The notes: a model not told the origin generated them from the letters alone. A DNA stretch of 62,449 bases, filler included, from an uncultured Methanosarcinales archaeon (GCA_964510025.1; 4 parts of 3 records of this genome joined end to end with filler, not necessarily neighbours in it), one strand, 5' to 3'; positions 48,145-58,808 are shown, numbered from the whole stretch's first letter. Made by a program: numbers and translations.

Positions 48145-50190
48145 TTAACAGACCTTTCCCTCAGAAAACTTCTCTGCCCGTATATCTTCCATGTCGGTCT
48201 TGAGCACCTTGCTATCGAACAGCACCTTGCCCTGCTTCACCTGGATGTCGAGTCTAGAGAACTGCTCGTAGTTCACCTGGTCCCTGCTGACATCATATCC
48301 TTCTGGAGCAACCCTGGTGCCTGGCTCAGCTCTCTCAGCATACAGCAGCCCGCAATCATCCTCGGAATCGACAGCCAAAAGCATGCCCTGGCTTACCTTT
48401 CCCCGTAATTTCGCATGCTTAAGGTTTGCCACTATCACTATCTTCTTGCCTATTAGCTCCTCTTTCTTATAGTACGGCCTTATGCCCGCGACAATCTGCC
48501 TTTCCTCCCCCATATCTGCCCTGATTATGTAGAGCTTTTCCGCATCTGGATGCTCCTGCACGTCTGTTATCTCTGCTACCCTGAGGTCTAGCGGAAATAT
48601 CCTCTTCTCAGTCTCCTCAATCTTCCTGATGAGCATCTCTTCCTTGTTGATCTTTTTTCTGAAATCAAAGCCTATGTCATCCCACTTCAGCCCGTTTTCA
48701 TTGAGCTGCTTCTGGAGCTTTTCGGAAAATCCAGGAAGTATAGGCTGGACCGCTATGGAGATGTTCCTGACAAGATTTATGCAAAGCCCCAGCACCTTGG
48801 CTGCCCTTTCCTTGTCCTGCTTCACCAGCTTCCATGGCTCATTTTCCTGGAAATATTTGTTTCCCAGTGCTGATAGGGCAAGTATATTCTTCACTGCCTC
48901 ATTGGTGTTCGCATCACTGTAGTTATTCTTGATATCCTCGATCTTATCCTTTATCTCCTGCGCTATTGAAACATCTATGCCTGTAACCTTGCCCCCAAAA
49001 TACCTGTTCAGGAAAGACACTACCCTGTAGCAGAAATTGCCTATGTTTGCCACCAGCTCGTTGTTTATGCTGTCCCTGAAATCCCTGAAGTCCAGGTCTA
49101 TATCCGACATCTTTTTCGACAGCATCTTAGCATAGTAGTATCGCAGGAATTCTGCATCATAGTCCTTCAGAAATTCCTGTGCAGTCAGGAAAGTGCCTCT
49201 TGATTTTGACATCTTCTGGCCGTTCACAGTGAGGAATCCGTGCACAGTCAGGTGGTCTGGCAGGCGGAATCCGGCTGCCTGCAGCATAGCTGGCCAGAAC
49301 AAGAAATGGAAATAGATTATGTCTTTGCCGATGAAATGTATGATCCTGGACTTGTTCCATTGCTCTTCGGCTTTTTTGACATCCAGGCCAATGGTGTTGG
49401 CAAAGCTTGATATGTACCCGATAGGCGCATCAAGCCATACATAATAATACTTATTTTGCTCTCCAGGTATCTTAAATCCGAAATAAGGCCCGTCCCTGCT
49501 TATGTCCCAGTCCTGCAGCCCCTCTTTTATCCAGTTCCTCACATAGTTTACAATCTCAGGCTGCAATTTTCTGTTTGAGCTCAGCCATCTATCAAGCTTC
49601 TCAGAAAAATCACTTAGCCTGAAGAAATAATGCTTTGATTGCTTCTTTACAGGCTTGTTCCTGCAGATGGTGCAGTAAGGGTCTACCAGGTCTGTGGTGG
49701 CATGGGTAGAATGGCATTTTTCGCAGACATCGCCGTACTGGTCTTCGGCTCCGCATTTAGGGCATTTCCCCTTCACATACCTGTCTGGAAGGCTTCTTTT
49801 GCAGCTTTCACAGTAGGTGATCTCGACATCCTTTGTATATATATGCCCGTTGTCTTTCAGCCGTTTGAATATGAGGTCAGAGAAATATTTGTTCTCCTTG
49901 CTGTTTGTCGTATAGTATGAGTCAAACTTGATATGAAAGTCATTGAAGTCCTTCAGGTGCTCCTTATGGAATTTTTCTATGAGCTCCTCTGGCTCTAGAC
50001 CAAGCTGCTCAGCCTTGATAGCTATCGGAGCGCCGTGGGTGTCATCTGCGCAGCAGTAGACTACCTCCTCGCCGATCGATCTCAGGAACCTTACAAATAT
50101 GTCTGTCTGGACATACTCTACCAGATGGCCTATATGGATGCTTCCATTTGCATATGGTAATGCTGAGGTTACAATCGTCTTGAATTTCAT
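48145..50190 (-). CDS. metG: Methionine--tRNA ligase with C-terminal tRNA-binding domain
   Basis: ALPYANGSIHIGH, Zn knuckles, YVWLDAPIGY, KMSKS, HPDAEKL...SQGMLL. Confidence 0.97.
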   Translation of the reverse strand: MKFKTIVTSALPYANGSIHIGHLVEYVQTDIFVRFLRSIGEEVVYCCADDTHGAPIAIKAEQLGLEPEELIEKFHKEHLKDFNDFHIKFDSYYTTNSKENKYFSDLIFKRLKDNGHIYTKDVEITYCESCKRSLPDRYVKGKCPKCGAEDQYGDVCEKCHSTHATTDLVDPYCTICRNKPVKKQSKHYFFRLSDFSEKLDRWLSSNRKLQPEIVNYVRNWIKEGLQDWDISRDGPYFGFKIPGEQNKYYYVWLDAPIGYISSFANTIGLDVKKAEEQWNKSRIIHFIGKDIIYFHFLFWPAMLQAAGFRLPDHLTVHGFLTVNGQKMSKSRGTFLTAQEFLKDYDAEFLRYYYAKMLSKKMSDIDLDFRDFRDSINNELVANIGNFCYRVVSFLNRYFGGKVTGIDVSIAQEIKDKIEDIKNNYSDANTNEAVKNILALSALGNKYFQENEPWKLVKQDKERAAKVLGLCINLVRNISIAVQPILPGFSEKLQKQLNENGLKWDDIGFDFRKKINKEEMLIRKIEETEKRIFPLDLRVAEITDVQEHPDAEKLYIIRADMGEERQIVAGIRPYYKKEELIGKKIVIVANLKHAKLRGKVSQGMLLAVDSEDDCGLLYAERAEPGTRVAPEGYDVSRDQVNYEQFSRLDIQVKQGKVLFDSKVLKTDMEDIRAEKFSEGKVC

Positions 50191-50267
50191 CACCCAGCAT
50201 AGAGGATAGCCTCATGGTTTAAAAATTTTTTCGAAATATTTAAAAGCTGATATATATTTGAACCTAT

Positions 50268-50951
50268 ATGATAAAAGCAACAGAAGGGCCGCAGCAGGGC
50301 CACACATACCTTGTAAGGTCCGGCCCCATATCTATCGGCATAACCTACAGCAAGCAGGGCAGCCATTATGTGACCGCTGCTGTCATAGATGACAACGGCC
50401 AGGTGCGCAGCGAGATCCTGAGGACTCAGGCAGATCCTTTCAGGGATATCTCTGTTTATAGTCTGAATAATCAGCTTGCTGCTCAGGCAGAGGCGCTTCG
50501 ATCTGCAGATTATCTTGACAGGGAAAGCGTCCTGAGCAACATTCTTAAGGCCACATCAAGCACACTTCCAGGCGAGCTTGAGGTATTGCTGGGCAAACCA
50601 GAAAGGCAGGAGAAAACACCTGCTTATAGGACTGAAAGGTATGGGGATTATTTTGGGCAGCAGAGAGCAAGAAGGATGTGTGATGACAGGTCCGGCCCGG
50701 AGCCGCCTTGTGGTGATCCAAGGATACTAGCCAGAGATTCACTGCAGTTTGGACGCAATCTTGATTTTGTAGGAAAGGTCGAATATGAGCCGCCTTCAGA
50801 ATCTACTGTAACTTCATTGCAGGATGCATCAAGAATGCCGGAAAGACAAAATCCAGCTATTATGCCAGGAGCTATGGCCCTTTCGCAGACAGCCTATAAG
50901 GCCATCTCAGAAGGTTCTCCAGCAGCTCCCCCGATGAAAAAAGAAAGATAA
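50268..50951 (+). CDS. Hypothetical protein
   Basis: 227-aa ORF; TTTAAAA box ~30 nt upstream. Confidence 0.65.
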   Translation: MIKATEGPQQGHTYLVRSGPISIGITYSKQGSHYVTAAVIDDNGQVRSEILRTQADPFRDISVYSLNNQLAAQAEALRSADYLDRESVLSNILKATSSTLPGELEVLLGKPERQEKTPAYRTERYGDYFGQQRARRMCDDRSGPEPPCGDPRILARDSLQFGRNLDFVGKVEYEPPSESTVTSLQDASRMPERQNPAIMPGAMALSQTAYKAISEGSPAAPPMKKER

Positions 50952-51338
50952 TCACTTCTTAGGCTCTTTCATCTTTTTTGTGATGCCTATCTTCTTGCCG
51001 CACTTTTCACATTCAAAAACATAAGCAGGGACGCCCTGCCATGTCTTTCTTTTGTAAGCCGTGGTTGTGTCGCCAGAGCTTCCGCAGAAAGGGCAGGTAT
51101 AGATGATATTCATGGTGAGAGTCGGCTCGAATTCTTCCTTATCCACAGTGTAGCTGCAGCTGGGGCACACATATTCCTTTGCCCTTACCTTTACCTTGCC
51201 TTTCTCAACAGGCTTGCCCATCTTTGCTTTTCCGCATTTTGGGCAGTCAGGCTTGAAAACCCATGCCCTTACTTTTCCGTCCTGTATGGTCCTGTTTGTA
51301 AAATAGAAGCATTCATCCATAGAATTTGGCTCTTTCAT
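50952..51338 (-). CDS. Multi Zn-ribbon protein
   Basis: Four CxxC pairs. Confidence 0.82.
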   Translation of the reverse strand: MKEPNSMDECFYFTNRTIQDGKVRAWVFKPDCPKCGKAKMGKPVEKGKVKVRAKEYVCPSCSYTVDKEEFEPTLTMNIIYTCPFCGSSGDTTTAYKRKTWQGVPAYVFECEKCGKKIGITKKMKEPKK

Positions 51339-51342
51339 GGTA

Positions 51343-51591
51343 TCACCCCTCGTCGATCACATAGTTGCTGTAGTTCAGGCTCTTATTCTCCTCTTGCTCA
51401 GGAAGCCAGTCCATCTTCAAGGCATAGCCGGCTGTCCTTACCACATTCTTTCCTACCTGCACAACCCAGACCGAAAACTTCCCTAAGAATGTCCTCCTGT
51501 CTTCAGATCGCTTGAGGTTAAGGTTGTAGCTTGATGCTATTATCAATCCGCCTATCGCCAGGAAGATTATGGCGATCCAAAGTAATCTCAT
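51343..51591 (-). CDS. Small membrane protein
   Basis: N-terminal TM helix; WLP motif. Confidence 0.7.
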   Translation of the reverse strand: MRLLWIAIIFLAIGGLIIASSYNLNLKRSEDRRTFLGKFSVWVVQVGKNVVRTAGYALKMDWLPEQEENKSLNYSNYVIDEG

Positions 51592-51636
51592 TTTGGAATT
51601 GTTAATGTTCCTTGCTTTTTAAGTTTTTTGTTATCT

Positions 51637-52860
51637 CTAGCTTCTCTCAACCATGAGGTAGACAAAGACAAACAGCACTGTCGCGCTTAATATCCAGATG
51701 TTTGAGATGCTGCTGTTGAAGAGCATCACTGATTTGACGGCATTTATCTGGTGGTGCAAAGGCAAAATTTTGGCCAGAAACTGCACAAATCCCGGCATTG
51801 TCTGCAAAGGGGCGAAGATACCTGACAAAAGCATCAGGGGGAATGAGACTATCAGTGAGAAGAGCAGTGCGATGCCCTCGTTGTCGGAAAACAGCCCTAT
51901 CATCATGCCAAGAAGCGCATCTATAATTGCGATGAACAGTATAAGCTTGAAGAGATTCAGTATGGAAAAAGAATAGGCTGCACCATAGACCATGAAAAGA
52001 AGGAAAACCACGATAAACTGTACCGCTGTCAGGATTATGAAGAAAACCAGCTTGGCCAGCACATACACAACAGGTGATGTAGACGACTTAACCCTGGTGA
52101 TAAAATGGTTCTTCTTGTCATACATCACAGAGGTAGAAGCAAGCATAAGTAGTATGAACAAGGCAATGGTGGGAAATATAAACGCTATGCCTGCATCCTT
52201 TGTCGAGCTTTTCTCGTAGACAGGGATCTGGTTTGTCCATATGGGGTTAACCAGGAAGCCTGTGTTCATATCTTCAAGACGTTTGAGGTCCTGATCTATC
52301 GCCTTGAGCTTAGGCTTGACAAGAGGCACATTGTTTGTGAGCTCCAGCGCCAGGTCCAGATTGAATCTGATGGCCTTTATCTGGCTCTTGATATTCTGGT
52401 TAAACGAATCTATGATCCTCTCTTCATATGGCTGAAGAGAGGCATCTACCTTCCAGCTTACAAGATTAGCAAAAGCAGGATCGGTGTTGTCGTAGTATAC
52501 AGCAAGGGTAGCCTGCTGCAGCTCCTGAAGCCTGGCTGAAAACCCCTTGTTGATCTGAAGACCCAGCGAAAAGTCTCCCTTCTTGATCTTATCTGTAAGG
52601 TTGGAGATGCAGTTTTCCGCAGGCAGCACTTCTATGTTGAACGAGCCCTTGAGGCCTGACAAGGCTTCACTGGTATATTCGCTTCTGTCGAAATCACACA
52701 CCCCCACATCTATCCTGCCTAAGCTTGGTGTTATCATGAGAAGGAAGATAACAGCCACTATAAACGGCAGCAACAGGGTCAGATACAGGTATTTCTTCCT
52801 GTTCACGATCAGCAGCAGGTCCTTTTTCAGATAGCCGTAAAACTTTCTCGCTATATCCAT
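51637..52860 (-). CDS. ABC-2 type exporter permease
   Basis: TM1, large extracellular loop, five TMs, LSGIFAP motif. Confidence 0.9.
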   Translation of the reverse strand: MDIARKFYGYLKKDLLLIVNRKKYLYLTLLLPFIVAVIFLLMITPSLGRIDVGVCDFDRSEYTSEALSGLKGSFNIEVLPAENCISNLTDKIKKGDFSLGLQINKGFSARLQELQQATLAVYYDNTDPAFANLVSWKVDASLQPYEERIIDSFNQNIKSQIKAIRFNLDLALELTNNVPLVKPKLKAIDQDLKRLEDMNTGFLVNPIWTNQIPVYEKSSTKDAGIAFIFPTIALFILLMLASTSVMYDKKNHFITRVKSSTSPVVYVLAKLVFFIILTAVQFIVVFLLFMVYGAAYSFSILNLFKLILFIAIIDALLGMMIGLFSDNEGIALLFSLIVSFPLMLLSGIFAPLQTMPGFVQFLAKILPLHHQINAVKSVMLFNSSISNIWILSATVLFVFVYLMVERS

Positions 52861-52861
52861 T

Positions 52862-53812
52862 TTATGCGTTCAAAAATATCTCGTCAAGATTAGGCTCCCT
52901 GTAGCCCACTTCCTCATAGCTCATCTTTAGCTTGCTGAAAAGGTTCAGCAGCTTGTCCCTTGTTCTCTCCGACTGCAAGGCAAACATGATATACCGCTGA
53001 TATTTGTCCAGTATCTTGATGTCCTTGTAGGCGCAGAACTTCTTTATGGCCTCAAAGTTATCAGAGGAGAGATAATGGAACCTGGCCTCGAATATGTAGC
53101 TCATCTTCATCTTCTTCTTGAGCGATTCCAGCTTGCCGTTGAAGAATATCCTTCCGTTCTTAAGTATGACCAGCCTGTCTGCATGCTCCTGCGCCTCGCT
53201 CAGGAGGTGTGAAGTAAGGATGACTGACTTCTTTCTCTGCTTCAGTGATTCGATGAAGTGCCAGAGCAGTCTTCTGTTCATGAAGTCCAGCCCGACAAAA
53301 GGCTCGTCAAGTATTACTATCTTGGGATCATGCAGCAGCGATAAGACTATGTTCAGCCTGACTTTCTGTCCGCCTGAGATCTGTGTCGGCTTCTTTGTGA
53401 GGTCTTCATCCAGCCTGAGGTTAGCCATCAGCTCATGGGCTTTTAGCAATGCCTGCCTCTCTGTGATCCCAAGGTTCAGGCCGCATATCCTGATATTGTC
53501 CCTTATAGTAAGGTCAGGTATGAAAGCAAGCTCCTGGGATACGAAACCTATGCTGCTTTTCTCCAGGAACCTGGACCTGCCGAATATCCTGATATCGCCG
53601 TAAGACCTGCCGGATATAATCCCTGAAGCAAGCTTTAGAAATGTGGATTTTCCTGAACCTGACTTGCCGATTATTGAGGTGATCTTAGCATCCTTAACAT
53701 TCAGCGTTATGCTGTGCAGAACATCCCTTTCACCGTATCCGAACTTCAGCCTATCGGCAGATACAGGCACTCTTGTCTTTTTTAATATCCTCACTATCTT
53801 TTTTAAGTCCAT
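52862..53812 (-). CDS. ABC exporter ATP-binding protein
   Basis: GKSGSGKS, ISGGQ, ILDEP, SH, EPNLDEIF. Confidence 0.93.
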   Translation of the reverse strand: MDLKKIVRILKKTRVPVSADRLKFGYGERDVLHSITLNVKDAKITSIIGKSGSGKSTFLKLASGIISGRSYGDIRIFGRSRFLEKSSIGFVSQELAFIPDLTIRDNIRICGLNLGITERQALLKAHELMANLRLDEDLTKKPTQISGGQKVRLNIVLSLLHDPKIVILDEPFVGLDFMNRRLLWHFIESLKQRKKSVILTSHLLSEAQEHADRLVILKNGRIFFNGKLESLKKKMKMSYIFEARFHYLSSDNFEAIKKFCAYKDIKILDKYQRYIMFALQSERTRDKLLNLFSKLKMSYEEVGYREPNLDEIFLNA

Positions 53813-54095
53813 ACCAAGAACCTTAGGATTGCTCTATATAATTATTTCTATTTGCGTGCCATGAGAAGAATTGCTTCCCACAAATCCTGGAAATCTTTTT
53901 CTCAGCAGCTTAAATCTTTCTGAGTCTTGTTTGAAAGCCAGCATAGGTGTCAAGAAGATTCCTCATCTGCAGCTACATTGCTCAATGCCATCTTCCGGCT
54001 TCATTCGGCTGCCGGTCTGGATACTGCCACCATATCTGAGACAGCTTTATCATGTCAGCCGGTAATCTATGAAGGCGAAGGATCATGCAGTATTT

Positions 54096-54884
54096 TTATA
54101 TATTTTTTAGCCTCTTAACCTCTATGCTTATTGCATCACAGTCAACCCGTATTTGTCTGGGGCATATTGTATACTCAAGCCCCTTTTTCTTGCAGTATAG
54201 CTCCAGTCTCTTTTTTTCATCAGGATTGTGGAATCTTACTACAACATTAATGCCCTTCCTGTCTTTATGTATTATATCAAAGCTGGAAAGCTCTTCCTTA
54301 ATCTTGCTGCTTAGCTCCCTGAGCCTTGATTGCCTTCCCTCAAGCGCAAGAAGCCTGCCCTTTATATCCATGCTCTCTTCGATTATCTGCGTCAGCTCAA
54401 GCCATCTGCTGTTGTCAGTGGCGATCAACCCTCCCCTTCCATAGTCAACCGGCTTTCCTTCTCCAAATGAGCACACAAGTATATCCCCTATCTTGCCCGG
54501 CTCTGTGCCTATAGTTCCTGTTATGTCGTTTATCACAAGGCTTCCCCTGTTAAAGCACTTATTATATATAGTATCCATATCCTGCTCTGCAAAATAGCCT
54601 GACAGTGAATTGACCAGGACAGCAGAATCCTCATGCACCTGTTCCAGCGTAGAAACATCTATTAGGCCAAAATCTGTCTTGATGATATTAATATCAAGCT
54701 TAAGTTTCAAGGCAAATTGCTTATATGTTATCCAGCCGCCCTGGTCCTGTATATGCACCCTTTTCTTCCCCAGCTTCTTAGCGATTCTTAATGCATACAG
54801 TATGGCCCTGTTGCCCCTGGAGACAGCCTTAATGTGGTCCTTATTCGTTATATTGCGGAGTATTTCATAGGTTTCCTTATCCAT
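54096..54884 (-). CDS. DegT/DnrJ-like PLP-dependent fold-I protein
   Basis: RGNRAI, DQGGW, IND, CSFGEGKP...GG. Confidence 0.65.
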   Translation of the reverse strand: MDKETYEILRNITNKDHIKAVSRGNRAILYALRIAKKLGKKRVHIQDQGGWITYKQFALKLKLDINIIKTDFGLIDVSTLEQVHEDSAVLVNSLSGYFAEQDMDTIYNKCFNRGSLVINDITGTIGTEPGKIGDILVCSFGEGKPVDYGRGGLIATDNSRWLELTQIIEESMDIKGRLLALEGRQSRLRELSSKIKEELSSFDIIHKDRKGINVVVRFHNPDEKKRLELYCKKKGLEYTICPRQIRVDCDAISIEVKRLKNI

Positions 54885-54906
54885 ACAGATGATATAAAAG
54901 AATTTT

Positions 54907-55461
54907 TTATTTAAACTTTTTGCTGGCCCTGAACAGAAGCATTATGCCTGCTATATATACTGGAAGGGTAAGCAAGAGCCCTATAATGGCAAAAATAACA
55001 GTCAAAAAGGATATGCCTGCTATGATTGACAAGACTGCGTTGTATTTAGCGAGCTTGCCGAATTTCTTCTGAAGTTTCTTGTGCAGCAACGCTGCGCCGA
55101 ACATCGTCTCAACAACACCCATCACAAATACCAGTGCCAGGCCTATCATGACATTGTTTGCCAAAGATGGGAGGAAAGATATGGTCCCTATGTAATATAT
55201 CATATATATGCTGTACACTGCCATCGAGACGATGACCATAACCTTGACTAATCCCAGCTTCAGCTTTTCCCCTATTATATAGAAACCATATATGAATATC
55301 AGGTAAAAAAGCAATGATGCCACCATAGTGAATATATAGATGCTGCTGAAAAAGCTGCTTAGCCTTCCCAGGATCCTGGAAACCTCAAATATGATTATAG
55401 GGATCATTGTTGCCAGGGTCACTATGCCGCTGGCGGCGCTGAACCTCAGTTTTTCATTCAT
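54907..55461 (-). CDS. Integral membrane protein
   Basis: Five to six hydrophobic helices. Confidence 0.75.
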   Translation of the reverse strand: MNEKLRFSAASGIVTLATMIPIIIFEVSRILGRLSSFFSSIYIFTMVASLLFYLIFIYGFYIIGEKLKLGLVKVMVIVSMAVYSIYMIYYIGTISFLPSLANNVMIGLALVFVMGVVETMFGAALLHKKLQKKFGKLAKYNAVLSIIAGISFLTVIFAIIGLLLTLPVYIAGIMLLFRASKKFK

Positions 55462-55518
55462 AGCTGTATGTGCCGCCAAAAGAAGTATTTAAATATTTCT
55501 ACACAATGCTGTTTCTTT

Positions 55519-56004
55519 ATGGGATACTATGATGACATATCAGAAGGCTACGAGGAGCTGCATGAGGAAGAACAGCTCAATAAGGTTAGGATAATAAAGA
55601 AGCACCTGAAGCCTAGACCAGAAGACAGGCTCCTTGACGTTGGCTGCGGGACAGGCCTTACAACAGAGCCATGGAAATGCCAAAGATATGGCATTGACCC
55701 TGCTCCAAAGTTATTGGCAAAGGCAAGGCAGAAAGACAGGATAGAATACAAGCTTGCTCCGGCTGAAAATATCCCTTATCCTGATGATTACTTTGATATT
55801 GTGGTATCTATAACAGCTATACAGAACTTCAGAGACATAGGGCAGGGGCTTAAGGAGATCAGGAGGGTGGGAAAGCATTGCTTTGTCCTCAGCTTCCTGA
55901 AAAGATCAGCAAAAAAAGATATGATCGAAAAGATGGTCAGGGATGGTTTTGCTGTACAGAAGACAGTAGAAGAAGACAAAGACCTGATCTTTTTTGCGAG
56001 GTGA
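55519..56004 (+). CDS. Class I SAM-dependent methyltransferase
   Basis: LLDVGCGTG, GID, AENIPY.DDYFD.V. Confidence 0.9.
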   Translation: MGYYDDISEGYEELHEEEQLNKVRIIKKHLKPRPEDRLLDVGCGTGLTTEPWKCQRYGIDPAPKLLAKARQKDRIEYKLAPAENIPYPDDYFDIVVSITAIQNFRDIGQGLKEIRRVGKHCFVLSFLKRSAKKDMIEKMVRDGFAVQKTVEEDKDLIFFAR

Positions 56005-56005
56005 T

Positions 56006-56494
56006 ATGATGTCAGCTATAACAGACCCAAGACAGGTGGTATTGGTCACTTGCAGAAGCCATATGGAAGTAATGGGGAAAAGATCAGAAAAGGACAATAT
56101 AATTACAGTGGCGTGGCATATGCCTGTGAGCTTCAGTCCGGAACTTTATGCAATATCCATAGGGACTACAAGGTTTAGCTGCAGCATCATACAGAAAAGC
56201 AGGGCCTTTGCTGTGAATTTCATACCCTATACGCTTAAGGAAAAGGCTGTGATATGCGGCTCCAGCTCAGGCAGGCACGCCGACAAGTTCAAGAAGGCAG
56301 GATTGAACCTTGTAGAGGCAGAAGCTATCGACTGCGGACTGATAAAGGAAGCTGCTGCCTGTCTGGAGTGCGAGGTCATAAATGAGGTCGCAGCAGGAGA
56401 CCATATAATATTCATCGGAAAAGTAGTCAGCTCAAAACAGAACAAGACAGGAAAAAGGCTGTTGCAGAGCATGGGCGATTTTATATCAGCATAA
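56006..56494 (+). CDS. Flavin reductase family protein
   Basis: NIITVAW..PVS.SP, FAVN, SGR..DK, LEC, GDH.IFIG.V. Confidence 0.9.
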   Translation: MMSAITDPRQVVLVTCRSHMEVMGKRSEKDNIITVAWHMPVSFSPELYAISIGTTRFSCSIIQKSRAFAVNFIPYTLKEKAVICGSSSGRHADKFKKAGLNLVEAEAIDCGLIKEAAACLECEVINEVAAGDHIIFIGKVVSSKQNKTGKRLLQSMGDFISA

Positions 56495-56526
56495 TATTTA
56501 TATAGGCAGCAGCACTAACTTTTCTC

Positions 56527-56787
56527 ATGGACAGCATAGCTGTGAAGAAACTTGCCGACACCTTGTTGAAGACAGGGCTTGCTTCCTCTCAAGCAGAGGC
56601 AATGGAAAAGGCCCTTGAAGCCCTTAAGGCCGAGCAGATAATAAAAAAAGCCCATGGCAAAGAGGACTACTTTGCCAAAGAGCTGAAGACAGACAGCTTG
56701 CTGGGTGAAGCTGCCTCCCCCCAGATTATTGAAGACATGGATGAAGAAGACATGGATGAAGAAGAGCTGGACAACGAGGAGGAATAA
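56527..56787 (+). CDS. Small hypothetical protein with acidic tail
   Basis: 86-aa ORF after a TTTATATA box. Confidence 0.7.
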   Translation: MDSIAVKKLADTLLKTGLASSQAEAMEKALEALKAEQIIKKAHGKEDYFAKELKTDSLLGEAASPQIIEDMDEEDMDEEELDNEEE

Positions 56788-56870
56788 TTATATACTCCAG
56801 TATATAAATCTTTATATAATGAAAGTGACTACTCTGGAATAATAAACACTACATTGGGGGTGTTAATCAT

Positions 56871-58325
56871 ATGAAAAAAAGTTTGATATTAGGACTACTG
56901 ATAATCATTGCACTTGCCGGTTCAGTCTTGGCGACGGCTTCGATAAGCTCCACTGATATAAGCTTTGGCGGAGAGAACCAGAGAAAAAGCAATCCAGATG
57001 CTGATGATGATGAAGACCAGGAATACAGGATAAGGGACACTGTTACCATCACCAATACCGGAAACGAGACTATTTCTGATCTTGCTTTGGACTCTACAAC
57101 AGCTGATCCAAGCAGATTTAACCTTAATGTCAGCAGCATTACGAAAACAACCCTTATGCCAGGTGAAACATCTATTGTTGAGCTGGAGATAACTGTTCCT
57201 GAGGATTTTGACGCTGTCGATAATAATCTTGAGCCAGGCCCTTTTGATATAGGCACTGCAAAGTTCAGATGCAATGCCACCGGCGTATTTGCAACCTCCA
57301 ATCTTAGGATGCAGGTTGAGAACATGCTTGAGATAGACAGGGTGAAAGTACGAGTTGGCGACCTTACAAAGGAGATTGTCAGCGACACTGAAGAGGATGT
57401 TAAAGACCTGAAGCCAAGCGATGAGGTTGAGCTGGTCATAAGGATAGAGAACAATTACAGGGACAGGGACCCTGAAGATATCGAGCTGGAAGATATCGAG
57501 ATAAGGATTGAGAATGACGACCTTGATGTAGATGAAGAGGAAAGCATTGATTCTATAGATCCTGATGAGACAGATGAAATTACGTTGGTCTTTGAGATAG
57601 ATGAAGACCAGGATGAAGATGATTATGACCTTATCATATTGGTAGAGGCAACAGATGAATTTGGAGCAAGACACGGAGAAAGGTGGATCATGACTTTAGA
57701 GGTTGAAAGAGAAGAATATGAGATAGCGATCAGAGAGGTAGAGCTCAGCCCTGAGGTAGTAGATAACTGCCTGCAGCGGAATGTTAATCTTGAGGTGACT
57801 GTCAAGAATATAGGCGCAAGGGATGATGATGAATTTGCAATTGAGGTCAGCGCACCTTCCCTGGCTTTCAGCGACAGTGAACGGGACATTGAGCTTGAGG
57901 AAAATGAGGAGGAAATCTATACTTTCCAGATACCTATCACAACTGACATTGATCCAGGTGATCATTTTATACAGATTGAAGCATTCTTCCAGGATGATGA
58001 GCCAAGCAATGCAGATGACATCACCTTGACAGTGAACGCATGCCAGACAGGAGACGAGGATGAAGAGGACGATGAAGAGGAGCAGGAAGACGAAGAAGAC
58101 ATGGATGAAGAAGAGCAGGAAGACGAAGAGGATGAAGAAGAGCAGGAAGACGAAGAGGATGAAGAGCAAGGAACACCGATCATCGTTGGCAAGCAGCCTG
58201 TATCTTCAGTTGAAGGGGGATTTACAAGCTCAACTGCTTACATTGTAATCCTTGTCATCGCAATAATAATTGCGGTTGCATCACTGATATTGACTTTTGT
58301 ATTGCTGTTTAGGCCCAAAAGATAA
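56871..58325 (+). CDS. Highly acidic membrane-anchored surface (S-layer-like) protein
   Basis: Signal peptide, Ig/CARDB-like domains, D/E linker with a 27-bp tandem repeat (58104-58157), C-terminal TM and basic tail. Confidence 0.82.
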   Translation: MKKSLILGLLIIIALAGSVLATASISSTDISFGGENQRKSNPDADDDEDQEYRIRDTVTITNTGNETISDLALDSTTADPSRFNLNVSSITKTTLMPGETSIVELEITVPEDFDAVDNNLEPGPFDIGTAKFRCNATGVFATSNLRMQVENMLEIDRVKVRVGDLTKEIVSDTEEDVKDLKPSDEVELVIRIENNYRDRDPEDIELEDIEIRIENDDLDVDEEESIDSIDPDETDEITLVFEIDEDQDEDDYDLIILVEATDEFGARHGERWIMTLEVEREEYEIAIREVELSPEVVDNCLQRNVNLEVTVKNIGARDDDEFAIEVSAPSLAFSDSERDIELEENEEEIYTFQIPITTDIDPGDHFIQIEAFFQDDEPSNADDITLTVNACQTGDEDEEDDEEEQEDEEDMDEEEQEDEEDEEEQEDEEDEEQGTPIIVGKQPVSSVEGGFTSSTAYIVILVIAIIIAVASLILTFVLLFRPKR

Positions 58326-58524
58326 ATTCTATTTTTTTATTTTATTTTGGTAACAAAAAATAGCCATATTTAGCTTTTTTTCGTCGGCAGACTAATTCTG
58401 TTATCTAAGGTTAGTAGCTAAAATTTATCCACTATCCATAATATACTTTGAAAAGCTTGGATTTACTTATATATGTTTAAGTCCGAAAATCTATATAAAT
58501 GAGCTCATCTTTTTTCTCTGATAA

Positions 58525-58808
58525 AGTAGTTATTGTTGGATAACTAACAATGTTTATTATTTTCAAGTGAATACAAAAATTTGGGGGAAAAGACATCCGC
58601 AACTAGCAGAATTCATAGTCATTCGTGACATTTGTAAGCTGAGGAGTTTGCTGGCCGAGTGCAAATTGAGTCTTCCTGAAGGCCTGGGAAAACTCATGCA
58701 ATTTCCGTCAGTTAACAACAAATGAGGTTTACAAAGTGGGGAAATCCCCACTATCGGCCAGGAAAGGCTTATGCCAGAACTGGTAAAAAAACAAAAGGAG
58801 GCTAAAAA
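58525..58808 (+). ncRNA. Long structured 5' leader (candidate cis-regulatory RNA)
   Basis: TATATAAA at 58492; multiple stems at 58603-58785; AGGAGG SD before ATG 58809. Confidence 0.55.

Noticed and set aside
53848..54090. UGA read-through or alternative genetic code
   Set aside because: TGA is used as a normal stop throughout the window (many ATGA overlaps), and read-through gives no recognisable protein.
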